Positions 16,256 through 25,761 are shown, counted from the stretch's first letter. The stretch is DNA of 58,413 nt from Bacteroidia bacterium (GCA_016788185.1 JAEUTF010000197.1:1-58413), one strand, 5' to 3'. Numbers and translations are program-made. Notes: a model not told the origin generated them from the sequence alone.

Positions 16256-16831
16256 ATGACGTCCATTCAAGACCTTATCCGATCCTCCATCGCCACCAAG
16301 GAGAAACTGCTCCTGGACCAGACCATGCAGGAGGAAATCCGCAAAGTGGCCGATGCCTGTATCCAGGTTTTCCGCTCGGGTGGCAAAGTGCTTTTTTGCG
16401 GCAATGGAGGAAGCGCTGCCGATGCCCAGCACATCGCTGCTGAATTATCCGGACGATTTTACACCGACCGGGACCCGCTCTATGCCGAAGCCTTGCACGT
16501 AAACAGTTCTTACCTGACAGCAGTAGCCAATGATTATTCATTTGATGTGGTATACAGCAGAATGGTTAAGGCCTGCGGGAGGAAAGGTGATTTACTGGTG
16601 GGCATTTCAACTTCCGGAAACTCGCCCAATATCATCAAGGCCCTGCAGGAAGCACGATCGCTGGGAATGACTACGGTAGGAATGACCGGAGAAAAGGGCG
16701 GTAAAATGAACAGCTATTGCCATTACCTTTTGAAATCCCCCAGTACCGACACCCCTCGCATCCAGGAAACCCATATCCTGATGGGCCATATCATTTGTCA
16801 GTTAATTGAAGAGGGTATTTTTCAATCTTAA
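16256..16831 (+). CDS. gmhA: D-sedoheptulose-7-phosphate isomerase (SIS domain)
   Basis: GNGGSAADAQHIAAEL and ISTSGNSPNI motifs. About 191 aa. ATG 16256 lies 7 nt after the -7 box TATCTTTG (16241-16248). Confidence 0.88.
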   Translation: MTSIQDLIRSSIATKEKLLLDQTMQEEIRKVADACIQVFRSGGKVLFCGNGGSAADAQHIAAELSGRFYTDRDPLYAEALHVNSSYLTAVANDYSFDVVYSRMVKACGRKGDLLVGISTSGNSPNIIKALQEARSLGMTTVGMTGEKGGKMNSYCHYLLKSPSTDTPRIQETHILMGHIICQLIEEGIFQS

Positions 16832-16834
16832 GAC

Positions 16835-17392
16835 GTGAGAGCCACCGCCACTTTATTTCTTGACCGTGATGGTGTACTCAACAAGGAATTGGACAAGGAC
16901 TATGTAAAAACATGGAACGAGTTTGATTTCGAGCCTTTTGTTTGTGAGGCTTTACAGATACTTTCCGGTTACTTTGACAGGATGATCATCGTAACCAACC
17001 AGCGAGGTGTGGGTGCCGGACTGATGAGCCAGGAAGCCCTGGAAGATATTCATGCCAGAATGCTGGCTGAATTCAAATCAAGGGGTGTGATCATTGACCG
17101 GATTTATGCGGCCACAGACGAAGACAGGGCGAGTATGAAGAGAAAACCCAATCCTTTCATGGGGCTGGAGGCGCAAAAGGATTTTCCGGAAATTGACTTC
17201 AAAAGAAGCCTGATGGCGGGGAACAGTGCATCAGACATGGAGTTTGGTAAATCCCTGCAAATGCTGACGCTCTTTATTGACGATAAAAAAAAATATCGCT
17301 CCGCTGAAGAACTTGAGGGTTGCGACTATGAGGCCGATTCGCTGTTTGATTTTGCCACCCAACTCCAGAACCAAACCATTCAGCTCTGGTAG
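16835..17392 (+). CDS. gmhB: HAD-IIIA phosphatase, D,D-heptose 1,7-bisphosphate phosphatase-like
   Basis: LFLDRDGVLN nucleophile motif, VTNQRGV, KRKPNP and GNSASDMEFG. GTG start 3 nt after the gmhA stop. It lacks the Cys/His zinc loop found in E. coli GmhB. Confidence 0.8.
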   Translation: MRATATLFLDRDGVLNKELDKDYVKTWNEFDFEPFVCEALQILSGYFDRMIIVTNQRGVGAGLMSQEALEDIHARMLAEFKSRGVIIDRIYAATDEDRASMKRKPNPFMGLEAQKDFPEIDFKRSLMAGNSASDMEFGKSLQMLTLFIDDKKKYRSAEELEGCDYEADSLFDFATQLQNQTIQLW

Positions 17393-17400
17393 TTGGCCGC

Positions 17401-17868
17401 TCAATGATCGAGTAATTCGATCCGGTCATTTACCTCTTCAAAATCCGGATCATCGATAAAGTCGCGACGTATTTGCTGTATCAGGGTCTGGGCAATTTTT
17501 AACTCCAGGTTTCTGACCTCGTTAAATCTGTCCTCAGTGACCTTATTCACTTTCATCGCGATGGCTTTGTAATCATCACCTACATCACACAGAAAACTTC
17601 TGCATACCAACTCCATCATGGTATAAAGCAGGTAAATTTCCTCCTTACTCAACTCTAATTTTTCACCTGTAACGGAGGTGGCAAACTTATTGGCCAAAAG
17701 CCCTACCCCGTTTCGGTCCACCAGGTCAATCAGCATAGCCCTTTGCACCAGATCGTATTTTTCCTGCTGAAAGATGAACTGGTAAGAAGCCGCCATCGAG
17801 CGTATAAAGAGTTTAAGTTCGTTGGTTACCGTTATTTCAATTGAATCCTTAAAAACCTTACGTTCCAT
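17401..17868 (-). CDS. hypothetical helical protein
   Basis: 155-aa ORF with a -7 box 18 nt upstream (17887-17894). No family recognised. Confidence 0.6.
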   Translation of the reverse strand: MERKVFKDSIEITVTNELKLFIRSMAASYQFIFQQEKYDLVQRAMLIDLVDRNGVGLLANKFATSVTGEKLELSKEEIYLLYTMMELVCRSFLCDVGDDYKAIAMKVNKVTEDRFNEVRNLELKIAQTLIQQIRRDFIDDPDFEEVNDRIELLDH

Positions 17869-17886
17869 CTAAGCCGATATTTCATG

Positions 17887-17894
17887 CAAAAATA
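17887..17894 (-). promoter_or_regulatory. -7 box TATTTTTG upstream of the 155-aa gene
   Basis: Matches TAnnTTTG on the minus strand, 18 nt before ATG 17868. Confidence 0.5.
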
Positions 17895-18003
17895 CCCTAC
17901 TTGGTTCAAATCACCGGTAAAAGCCTGCTGTCACCGCATTATTTTCACAAAAACCCGTTGAAAAGTATACCTCAACCTACAGAAACCACACATTCACAGC
18001 CTT

Positions 18004-18011
18004 TAGCTTTG
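18004..18011 (+). promoter_or_regulatory. -7 box TAGCTTTG upstream of the SLT-domain lipoprotein gene
   Basis: Matches TAnnTTTG, 70 nt before ATG 18082. Confidence 0.4.
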
Positions 18012-18081
18012 AAAAAAGTGCAAAAAACTGTAAATTAGTAAAATGTAGCGGAGGAAACTTCGTTAGAGGGAATACGTACCT

Positions 18082-19530
18082 ATGCGAAAAGATAAACAAA
18101 TGCTGTCTTTTAAGAAGCTGTTTCAATACCCCCTGGTTGCTGTTGTTGTTGGTGGATGGTTTTCCTGCAACAATGTACAGAAGGCCGAGGCCCAAAAATC
18201 CAATCTTCCACAAATCCCGGAAGAGGTAATTATCCGGAAAGTAGTCGTGACCGGGGAGGATACCCTGTGCATGGAGTTTGTGAATTCCAACCCGGTGTTC
18301 AGGGAAGGATGGGATTCACTGGCACAACCTCAGTTCTGGAAGCAGATCATGTGCCTCTCACCCGACTCCTGCATCATCAATGTAGCGAGAACCAGGCTGC
18401 CTCTGCAGACCTCCTGTTTCCGCACCTGGTGCTCCCAGTCAGAATATGAAAAAACAGCCCTGAAAGGAAGGCTCAAAGATGAGTATTGCGTGGATTACGG
18501 CGAAGAATTGTACGTAACCAACGGAAAACGTGAATTCTATGAACACCGCAAGAGTATACCGACCATTTCAAAAGCTGTTTCGTACTTCAGGACCTATGGT
18601 GTGGATCCCTGGTATGCACAAACCATTCTCCTGATTGAAAGCCCTGGCAAGCATTTGTCAAAATCGTATGTAGGCGCGGCCGGTCCTTTCCAGTTGATGC
18701 GCAGCGTCGCTGTGAAATACGGTCTTAAAGTTAACAAATACACCGATGAACGGACTGACCTGAAAAGAGCAGCCTACGGCGCCGCTAAACTTATTTCGGG
18801 CATTTGTATCCCCAAAGTGAAAGAAATGCTGGATGCGCGAGGAATTCCATACCAGGAAACCGATACGTGGTTCCGTTTGTTGGTCCTGCATGCCTATCAC
18901 GCAGGTGCAGGCAATCTCGCTTGTGCCATCAACAAGATCAACCCCGTTAGCGGTGGGCCCGAATTGATCCGGACGCTCTGGAAAACGGAATGCGGAGGTT
19001 TTAAAAACGAATCACAGAACTATTCACAGATAGCTCTGGCCGCCATCATGAATTTCGAGGATATCATCCGGCTTGACGGCGATAGTATTTTCATGGTGCA
19101 AGGTGACCGGGCTTATGCTACCTTATCGCGCTCCGGTGAAAAACAGCTTAACCAGCGCGAAGAAGCCCTTTTTTATGCGCTGCTGATGTACGAAAGAGAT
19201 CTCGCGGATGGCACTATTTCTTATGCTTACTTTGAAGAAAGGGTAAATTCCATCCGAAAGGAAATCAACCGGGAAACGACAGATAAAACAATGGCCGGTT
19301 CTGTCACGTACCCGCTTAATGAGGATCAACTGCTGCGGCTTTCGAATGAACTGATTCGGAAACGTAAAATGGATGATGCCATACAACTGCTGCGTTTCAA
19401 CCTGGAGTTGTTTCCTCAGTCACCTGCAACGGCAGAACAGCTCAGCAAGGCCTACCGGATCAAGGGAAATGCAGGGTTGGCTCAGAAGTACATGACCAAG
19501 TCGAATGAACTGGTAAATACCCCAAAGTAA
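18082..19530 (+). CDS. lipoprotein with lytic-transglycosylase (SLT) domain and C-terminal TPR-like region
   Basis: Lipobox-like VVVGGWFSC. SLT motifs LLIESPG (catalytic Glu-Ser), AAGPFQLM and LHAYHAGAGN. The C-terminus has helical repeats. ATG 18100 is an alternative start. Confidence 0.7.
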   Translation: MRKDKQMLSFKKLFQYPLVAVVVGGWFSCNNVQKAEAQKSNLPQIPEEVIIRKVVVTGEDTLCMEFVNSNPVFREGWDSLAQPQFWKQIMCLSPDSCIINVARTRLPLQTSCFRTWCSQSEYEKTALKGRLKDEYCVDYGEELYVTNGKREFYEHRKSIPTISKAVSYFRTYGVDPWYAQTILLIESPGKHLSKSYVGAAGPFQLMRSVAVKYGLKVNKYTDERTDLKRAAYGAAKLISGICIPKVKEMLDARGIPYQETDTWFRLLVLHAYHAGAGNLACAINKINPVSGGPELIRTLWKTECGGFKNESQNYSQIALAAIMNFEDIIRLDGDSIFMVQGDRAYATLSRSGEKQLNQREEALFYALLMYERDLADGTISYAYFEERVNSIRKEINRETTDKTMAGSVTYPLNEDQLLRLSNELIRKRKMDDAIQLLRFNLELFPQSPATAEQLSKAYRIKGNAGLAQKYMTKSNELVNTPK

Positions 19531-19540
19531 TCAGGAGTAT

Positions 19541-21670
19541 TCAGGTACTTTTTTCCGGTGACTGAACGCCTGCCCCTTTTGAGCGCCCGTTCTCCTTACC
19601 TTCCTCAACAATCAGCAGATTGTTCAGATCGGCTACGGTTTTTATGTTTCCGAAGACTACCGTTATCTTGTCTTCTTTGATGCTTTCCACTTTACCGGTC
19701 ACCTTTCCGTTCCGAAGCCGTACCGTGATGCCTTTTTTCAGGTTCTTCCTGTTAAAAGCAACCAGCTCTTCCAGTTTCAGTTTATCCTTTTCACTTAATT
19801 CATTCTTTCGCTCCTGCAATCGCTTGTTGTATTTCTCCAGTACAGCCTTTTTATTTTTCGCTTCCTTCCAGTCTTTAACGAATCGGTTGAATTTATCTTC
19901 CAGCTGCCTGGACAGCCTCAATTCCTTCTGGCGGATCCGATCTTCATTTTGTTCGATTTTTTCCTCCTGGTGCGCTACGTTTTTCTCGTACTTTTCAACC
20001 AGCTGATGCAGCCGTTTTTCCTGTGATTTGTTAATTTCCATCACGCGCTGCAACTCTCCCTTTTCCCGATCTACCTTCGTTAAGAGTTCTTCCAGCAGGA
20101 GATTGTTGCGCTTCACTTTCTTTTTAGCGCTGTTGATGACAGAGTAAGGAAGGCCACTTCGCTCGGCCACCACAAAAGTATAGGAGCTGCCCGGCTTACC
20201 CACCACGAGTGCATAAAGCGGCTCGAGCTTTTTTGCATCAAATGCCATGGAACCATTGATGATGCCCCGGGTCCGGTCCGCCAGTACTTTCAGGTTCATG
20301 TAATGGGTGGTAATAATACCCACCGCCTTTTTATGATTCAACTCCTCCAGGATGGCTTCCGCCAGGGCACCGCCCAAAGAGGGATCCGTTCCGGTTCCGA
20401 ACTCATCGATCAGAAACAGCGAATCGGCGGATGCCTTCTGAAGAAATATCTTCATGTGTCTCAACCGCGAACTGTAGGTGCTTAATTCAAATTCGAGTGA
20501 CTGCGAATCCCCGATATCAACCAGGATGTTTTTAAAAACCCCAAAACGGCTGTTGCCATCGGCAGTCACCAGAAACCCGGCTTGTAGCATCATCTGCAAC
20601 AAACCAATGGTTTTCATGCAAACGGTCTTTCCACCGGCATTGGGTCCGCTGATCACCAGAATGCGTTCTTCCCCTTGCAGACGCAGGCTGAACGGAATCG
20701 TTTTTTTACCTGCCGCAGCATTATACAAAAAGAGCAAAGGATGACAGGCTTCCTGCACGTCCACTTTGGGTACTGACTCTACATACGGCAGAACCGCTTT
20801 CATCCTGATGCCAACCCTCGCTTTAGCGGAGATCATATCGTACCGGCTGATCACATCAAAATACCGGCTCAAAAGGGGATGGAATTTTCTGAGAAAGGCC
20901 GTCAACTCCCGCATGATCCGCTGGATCTCCATCCGCTCCTCCTCCTCGAGTGACAGGATCAGGTTGTTTACCCCGATGGCCTCTTCGGGTTCTACGAAGC
21001 AGGTCTTTCCGGTTGCGGATATATCGTGGATGATCCCCCGAGCACTGCGCTTCTGTTCAGCCAGGATCGAAACCACCCGGCGCCCGTTCCTCCAGCTTTC
21101 TTCCGCATCTGTCAGCCAACCGCTTTTACGGTATTTCTGAATCAAAGAGGAATACAGTTGCTCCGATTCGATGCGCTTTCTGGATAAATTTTTCCTGATC
21201 CGCGCCAGTTCCTGAGAGGCTCCCGATAGCACATAACCTGTATCGTCCATGACGCTTTCGATCGTCTCCCTGATCTCCTTTTCAAAAACCAACCCGCTCA
21301 GCAGAGAGGAGAGCAAGGGATATTTTTCATTGCGTTCTCTGAAAAAGGCAAAAATCAAGGCTGCGAGGTTAACAATTTTATTGATCTGCAGTATCTGTAA
21401 AGGTGCCAGAACCGAATTCCGTATAAAAAGCAACTTCAGTTCCTGCCGTATATCGGGATACTGCACCGATGGAAACGGTTCCCCATTGGTAAGTACCCTC
21501 CTCATTTCTTCTGTCTCCTCCAGTTGTTTCAGTACCAAAACGTACTCACTTTGAAAAGCAATCTCCATGACACGCTCCCTGCCTGCCTCTCCATTGCATT
21601 CCATAACAGCCAGTTGCCGTACTTTTTCAAACTCCTCAACCAGGAGTGAATTATCTGGAAACACATTCAT
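19541..21670 (-). CDS. mutS2: MutS2-family ATPase lacking a C-terminal Smr domain
   Basis: Walker A ISGPNAGGKTV, Walker B FLIDEFGTGTDP, THY. A long coiled-coil is followed by the KOW-like segment GITVRLRNGKVTGKVESIKEDKITVVFGNIK, and the ORF ends about 30 aa later. Start set to ATG 21670, 6 nt after the -7 box at 21677-21684. Confidence 0.85.
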   Translation of the reverse strand: MNVFPDNSLLVEEFEKVRQLAVMECNGEAGRERVMEIAFQSEYVLVLKQLEETEEMRRVLTNGEPFPSVQYPDIRQELKLLFIRNSVLAPLQILQINKIVNLAALIFAFFRERNEKYPLLSSLLSGLVFEKEIRETIESVMDDTGYVLSGASQELARIRKNLSRKRIESEQLYSSLIQKYRKSGWLTDAEESWRNGRRVVSILAEQKRSARGIIHDISATGKTCFVEPEEAIGVNNLILSLEEEERMEIQRIMRELTAFLRKFHPLLSRYFDVISRYDMISAKARVGIRMKAVLPYVESVPKVDVQEACHPLLFLYNAAAGKKTIPFSLRLQGEERILVISGPNAGGKTVCMKTIGLLQMMLQAGFLVTADGNSRFGVFKNILVDIGDSQSLEFELSTYSSRLRHMKIFLQKASADSLFLIDEFGTGTDPSLGGALAEAILEELNHKKAVGIITTHYMNLKVLADRTRGIINGSMAFDAKKLEPLYALVVGKPGSSYTFVVAERSGLPYSVINSAKKKVKRNNLLLEELLTKVDREKGELQRVMEINKSQEKRLHQLVEKYEKNVAHQEEKIEQNEDRIRQKELRLSRQLEDKFNRFVKDWKEAKNKKAVLEKYNKRLQERKNELSEKDKLKLEELVAFNRKNLKKGITVRLRNGKVTGKVESIKEDKITVVFGNIKTVADLNNLLIVEEGKENGRSKGAGVQSPEKST

Positions 21671-21676
21671 TGTCTG

Positions 21677-21684
21677 CAAAAATA
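21677..21684 (-). promoter_or_regulatory. -7 box TATTTTTG upstream of the mutS2-like gene
   Basis: Matches TAnnTTTG on the minus strand, 6 nt before ATG 21670. This argues against the longer track start at 21709. Confidence 0.5.
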
Positions 21685-21806
21685 CACCTTGACAACAGAG
21701 CGGCCTCAATTTTGTTCCCGAGTCCGATAATTTTACTGTTTAAGAGGAATTATTCACAAATCACCCCTCCTTGTTGATAACCCAATGCCTGCTGCGTCAG
21801 GGCAGC

Positions 21807-21814
21807 TATTTTTG
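21807..21814 (+). promoter_or_regulatory. -7 box TATTTTTG upstream of the transketolase N-subunit gene
   Basis: Matches TAnnTTTG, 16 nt before ATG 21831. Confidence 0.55.
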
Positions 21815-21830
21815 TAGGCAAATCGTCAAA

Positions 21831-22676
21831 ATGACTGAATTAACCACATTACAGGCCTTCGCCACCCAGATGCGAAGAGATATCGTCAGAATGGTGCATG
21901 CTGTTCAGAGCGGTCATCCCGGAGGATCACTCGGCTGCACTGAATTTTTCACGGTTTTGTACAACGACATTCTTCGTCATCAGGCTGAACCCTGGGAAAT
22001 GGACGGAACTGGTCAGGACCTCTTGTTTGTCTCCAACGGACATATTTCACCTGCCTGGTACAGCGCGCTGGCCCGCTCCGGTTACTTCCCTGTTTCGGAA
22101 CTGAATACTTTCCGTAAACTGAACACCCGGCTTCAGGGTCACCCGACCACGCACGAAGGGCTTCCCGGCGTACGCATTGCTTCGGGATCACTCGGACAGG
22201 GTCTTTCTGTCGGAATCGGGGCAGCACTTTCAAAGAAACTGAACAATGACGACAGCCTGGTTTACGTTTTAATGGGTGATGGTGAAATTCAGGAAGGGCA
22301 GGTTTGGGAAGCGGCGATGTTTGCCGCGGCGAAAAAAGTCGATAACCTGATAGCCACCATTGACATGAACGGACAGCAGATAGACGGCTCGACCAATGAG
22401 GTTATGAATCTGGGAAATATAGCGATGAAATGGGAGGCTTTTGGCTGGCAGGTTCTGCACATGAAAGGCAACGACCTGGAAGAAGTCAGGGCCACACTCC
22501 TAAAAGCCAAAACCATGACAGGATTAGGCAAACCGGTGATGGTGCTGATGGAAACCATCATGGGCCACGGGGTTGATTTCATGATGCACAGCCACAAATG
22601 GCACGGCATTGCGCCCAATGACGAGCAACTGGCAGAAGCCCTGAAACAAAATCCCGTCACCCTCGGCGATTATTGA
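21831..22676 (+). CDS. transketolase, N-terminal (TPP-binding) subunit
   Basis: GHPGGSLG, GSLGQGLSVGIGAAL and GDGEIQEGQVWEA. About 281 aa, typical of split transketolases. ATG 21831 lies 16 nt after the -7 box at 21807-21814. Confidence 0.92.
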   Translation: MTELTTLQAFATQMRRDIVRMVHAVQSGHPGGSLGCTEFFTVLYNDILRHQAEPWEMDGTGQDLLFVSNGHISPAWYSALARSGYFPVSELNTFRKLNTRLQGHPTTHEGLPGVRIASGSLGQGLSVGIGAALSKKLNNDDSLVYVLMGDGEIQEGQVWEAAMFAAAKKVDNLIATIDMNGQQIDGSTNEVMNLGNIAMKWEAFGWQVLHMKGNDLEEVRATLLKAKTMTGLGKPVMVLMETIMGHGVDFMMHSHKWHGIAPNDEQLAEALKQNPVTLGDY

Positions 22677-22677
22677 T

Positions 22678-24066
22678 TTGTTAAAACAAGGCCACATATT
22701 TCTGAAGTACCTGCTCGCTGTCACAGTGTTCATCACAGCAACAGGGAATGCTTTTGCTCAAAAAAAAGCGCCTGAACAACTGACCAGAATTTTATTTCTG
22801 TTTGATGCCTCGCAAAGCATGTATGCCCGCTGGGAAAGCAACACCAAGTACGAGGTAGCCAAACAAATGCTCAGTGAAATGGTGGACAGCATGTCCGGCA
22901 TGCAAAACCTGGAATTAGCCCTGAGGGTGTACGGACATACCAAACGCTATCCGCCGCAGGATTGTGATGACACGCGCCTGGAGGTTGCGTTCGGACCAGA
23001 CAAGGGTTTTGCCATTAAAAAACGACTGGGTGAAATCAATCCCTCAGGCACCACACCCATTGCCCGATCGCTTGAAGAATGCGGCAAGGACTTTCCAAAA
23101 TCAGACGCAAGAAATATTATCATTCTGATTACCGACGGCATTGAAGAATGCAGCGGCGACCCCTGCGCGGTTTCGGCTTTGCTGCAGCGAAAGGGAATTA
23201 TTTTAAAACCTTTTGTGATCGGCCTGGGGCTAGATAAAAATTTTATTAAATCGTTTGAATGCATTGGCAACTATTTTGACGCGACCGACGAAACGCAGTT
23301 TAGAAACGCTTTTAACATCGTGATCACACAGGCGCTCAACAACACCACGGCACAGGTCAACCTCCTTGACATCAACGGGAAAGCCACGGAAACGAATACC
23401 AGCCTCACCTTTTATGACCAGCACAGCGGAAGCATCCGATATAATTTCATGCACACCATCAATACCAAAGGTGTTCCCGACACGATACAGATTGATCCGC
23501 TGGGCTATTACCGTCTGACCGCGCACACCTTGCCTCCCGTGAGTACAGACAGCATCACACTCACCCCAGGAAAACACAACATCATCGCCCTCGATGCGCC
23601 ACAGGGTGATCTTCAGTTAAAAATTGACGGGGCCAATGAGTACCGAAAACTGTACGCCATTGTACGTAAACACGGAGAGATGGCCACCTTACATGTTCAG
23701 GATTTTGAAGATGTCACCCGCTACATTGTGGGCGATTATGATCTGGAAATTCTCACCCTGCCCAGGATATACATCAACAAAGTCAACATCGCACAGAGCA
23801 AAACCACCACGGTTCAGATACCAACCCCTGGTTTTGCAACCATCATCTGCAATGCCCCGGGGTATGGTGACATTTTACAGGAAGATAAAAATGAGCTGAA
23901 ATGGGTACACCGCCTGGCCTTAAACAGCATCAAGGAAAGTGTGGTACTTCAGCCGGGTTTATACCGCATCGTATTCCGCCCCAAAAACTCGCAATCATCC
24001 ATTTATACCATTGAAAAAACTTTTCGTATCGCTTCCGGAAGCAGCATCAGTGTACCTATCAATTGA
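22678..24066 (+). CDS. secreted von Willebrand factor A domain protein with three C-terminal beta-rich repeats
   Basis: TTG start 1 nt after the upstream stop. Signal peptide IFLKYLLAVTVFITATGNAFAQ. MIDAS motif LFLFDASQSM and ILITDG. C-terminal repeats are marked by GYYRLTAHTLP, GDYDLEILTLP and GLYRIVFRPKN. Confidence 0.8.
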   Translation: MLKQGHIFLKYLLAVTVFITATGNAFAQKKAPEQLTRILFLFDASQSMYARWESNTKYEVAKQMLSEMVDSMSGMQNLELALRVYGHTKRYPPQDCDDTRLEVAFGPDKGFAIKKRLGEINPSGTTPIARSLEECGKDFPKSDARNIIILITDGIEECSGDPCAVSALLQRKGIILKPFVIGLGLDKNFIKSFECIGNYFDATDETQFRNAFNIVITQALNNTTAQVNLLDINGKATETNTSLTFYDQHSGSIRYNFMHTINTKGVPDTIQIDPLGYYRLTAHTLPPVSTDSITLTPGKHNIIALDAPQGDLQLKIDGANEYRKLYAIVRKHGEMATLHVQDFEDVTRYIVGDYDLEILTLPRIYINKVNIAQSKTTTVQIPTPGFATIICNAPGYGDILQEDKNELKWVHRLALNSIKESVVLQPGLYRIVFRPKNSQSSIYTIEKTFRIASGSSISVPIN

Positions 24067-24093
24067 CACCGTAAATCCCATTCCTCACCCATC

Positions 24094-25059
24094 ATGAAAA
24101 AATATACTTACACCGAAAAAAAGGACACCCGCTCAGGATTTGGTGCCGGATTACTGGAACTCGGCCGGAAAAATAAAGAGGTGGTGGCCCTGTGCGCCGA
24201 CCTTACCGGGTCTCTTAAAATGGATGCTTTTGCCAGGGAGTTCCCGGAACGCTTTTTTCAAACCGGGATTGCGGAAGCCAACATGATGGGCATTGCCGCC
24301 GGATTGACCATCGGCGGTAAAATCCCTTTCACCGGAACATTTGCCAATTTCAGTACCGGCAGAGTGTATGACCAGATTCGGCAGTCGATTGCATATTCTG
24401 ATAAAAATGTGAAAATCTGCGCCTCACATGCAGGGCTTACACTGGGTGAAGACGGAGCCACCCATCAGATTCTGGAAGACATCGGCCTGATGCGCATGTT
24501 ACCGGGCATGGTCGTGATCAACCCTTGTGATTTCAATCAAACCAAAGCCGCGACCCTGGCCATTGCAGAGCACCATGGACCCGTGTACCTCCGCTTCGGT
24601 CGTCCGGCCGTCCCGAATTTCACAGCAGCCGATCAGACCTTTGTGATCGGGAAAGCGGTGATCCTGAATGAGGGGCACGATGTAAGCATTTTGGCTACCG
24701 GACACCTGGTATGGAAAGCCCTTGAGGCTGCTGAACAATTGGCCGCTTCCGGTATTTCAGCGGAGATCATCAACATTCATACGATCAAGCCCATCGATGA
24801 AAATGCCATTCTGACCTCAGTTAAAAAGACCGGCTGTGTCGTAACTGCCGAGGAACATAACCGTTTCGGTGGCTTGGGAGATGCGGTGGCTCAGGTGCTG
24901 ACGAGTCAATTTCCATGTCCTCAGGAATTCGTAGCCGTAAACGATACCTTTGGAGAAAGCGGTACCCCGGATCAATTGATGAAAAAATACGGTCTGGAAG
25001 CTGTAAATATTGTTGAAGCAGTTGAAAGGGTGCTTCAAAGGAAGCGCGTACACGCTTAA
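24094..25059 (+). CDS. transketolase, C-terminal (pyrimidine-binding plus C-terminal domain) subunit
   Basis: [31 protein letters not shown] and YLRFGR. 321 aa. Confidence 0.92.
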   Translation: MKKYTYTEKKDTRSGFGAGLLELGRKNKEVVALCADLTGSLKMDAFAREFPERFFQTGIAEANMMGIAAGLTIGGKIPFTGTFANFSTGRVYDQIRQSIAYSDKNVKICASHAGLTLGEDGATHQILEDIGLMRMLPGMVVINPCDFNQTKAATLAIAEHHGPVYLRFGRPAVPNFTAADQTFVIGKAVILNEGHDVSILATGHLVWKALEAAEQLAASGISAEIINIHTIKPIDENAILTSVKKTGCVVTAEEHNRFGGLGDAVAQVLTSQFPCPQEFVAVNDTFGESGTPDQLMKKYGLEAVNIVEAVERVLQRKRVHA

Positions 25060-25174
25060 TTTTAAAATATTTATACTTTTTCAGTCGGTCTCTTCCCAAA
25101 CGTACGGAAGGGTTAAACCATCGTGCGGATCTATCATCCAAGACTGAAATCCGGTTTATACATTACAGAGGTTT

Positions 25175-25726
25175 ATGGCTGAATACAATGATTCAGAGTT
25201 GCTGGCATTGTTCCGGGAAACGGAAGCCAACAGTCATTATGCCTTTAACCTGATCATCAAGAAGTACCAGCAGCGGATTTATGCCCATGTCAGACGCATG
25301 GTCATCGATCATGATGATGCCAATGATCTCGTTCAAAACACTTTCATTAAAGTATGGCATAACCTGAAAAACTTCCGAGAAGACAGTCAATTGTTTACCT
25401 GGATGTATCGGATTGCCACCAATGAATGTCTGGCACATCTCAAACAAAAGCGAAAACGTTTTTTTCTTCCGATCGGCGATGTTGAACACGAATTGAAGAG
25501 CAAACTGAGCCATGAACCTTCCTTCAATGCAAATAAACTGGAGTTAAAACTACAACAGGCGATCCTGAGTTTACCGGAAAAACAAAGGCTGGTGTTCAAT
25601 CTTCGTTATTACGACAACATGAAATACGAAGACATGTCGAAGATTCTCCAGACTTCGGTGGGCGCCTTAAAAGCCTCCTATCATCATGCGGTTAGTAAAG
25701 TCGAAAAATTCATCAAGGGAGATTAA
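25175..25726 (+). CDS. ECF-type RNA polymerase sigma-70 family factor
   Basis: Region 2 DANDLVQNTFIKVWHNL and WMYRIATNECL. Region 4 LPEKQRLVFNLRYYDNMKYEDMSKILQTSVGALKASYHHAV. Confidence 0.9.
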   Translation: MAEYNDSELLALFRETEANSHYAFNLIIKKYQQRIYAHVRRMVIDHDDANDLVQNTFIKVWHNLKNFREDSQLFTWMYRIATNECLAHLKQKRKRFFLPIGDVEHELKSKLSHEPSFNANKLELKLQQAILSLPEKQRLVFNLRYYDNMKYEDMSKILQTSVGALKASYHHAVSKVEKFIKGD

Positions 25727-25761
25727 ACTATTCAGTATTCAAGTACTCAAAAGCCCAGAAA

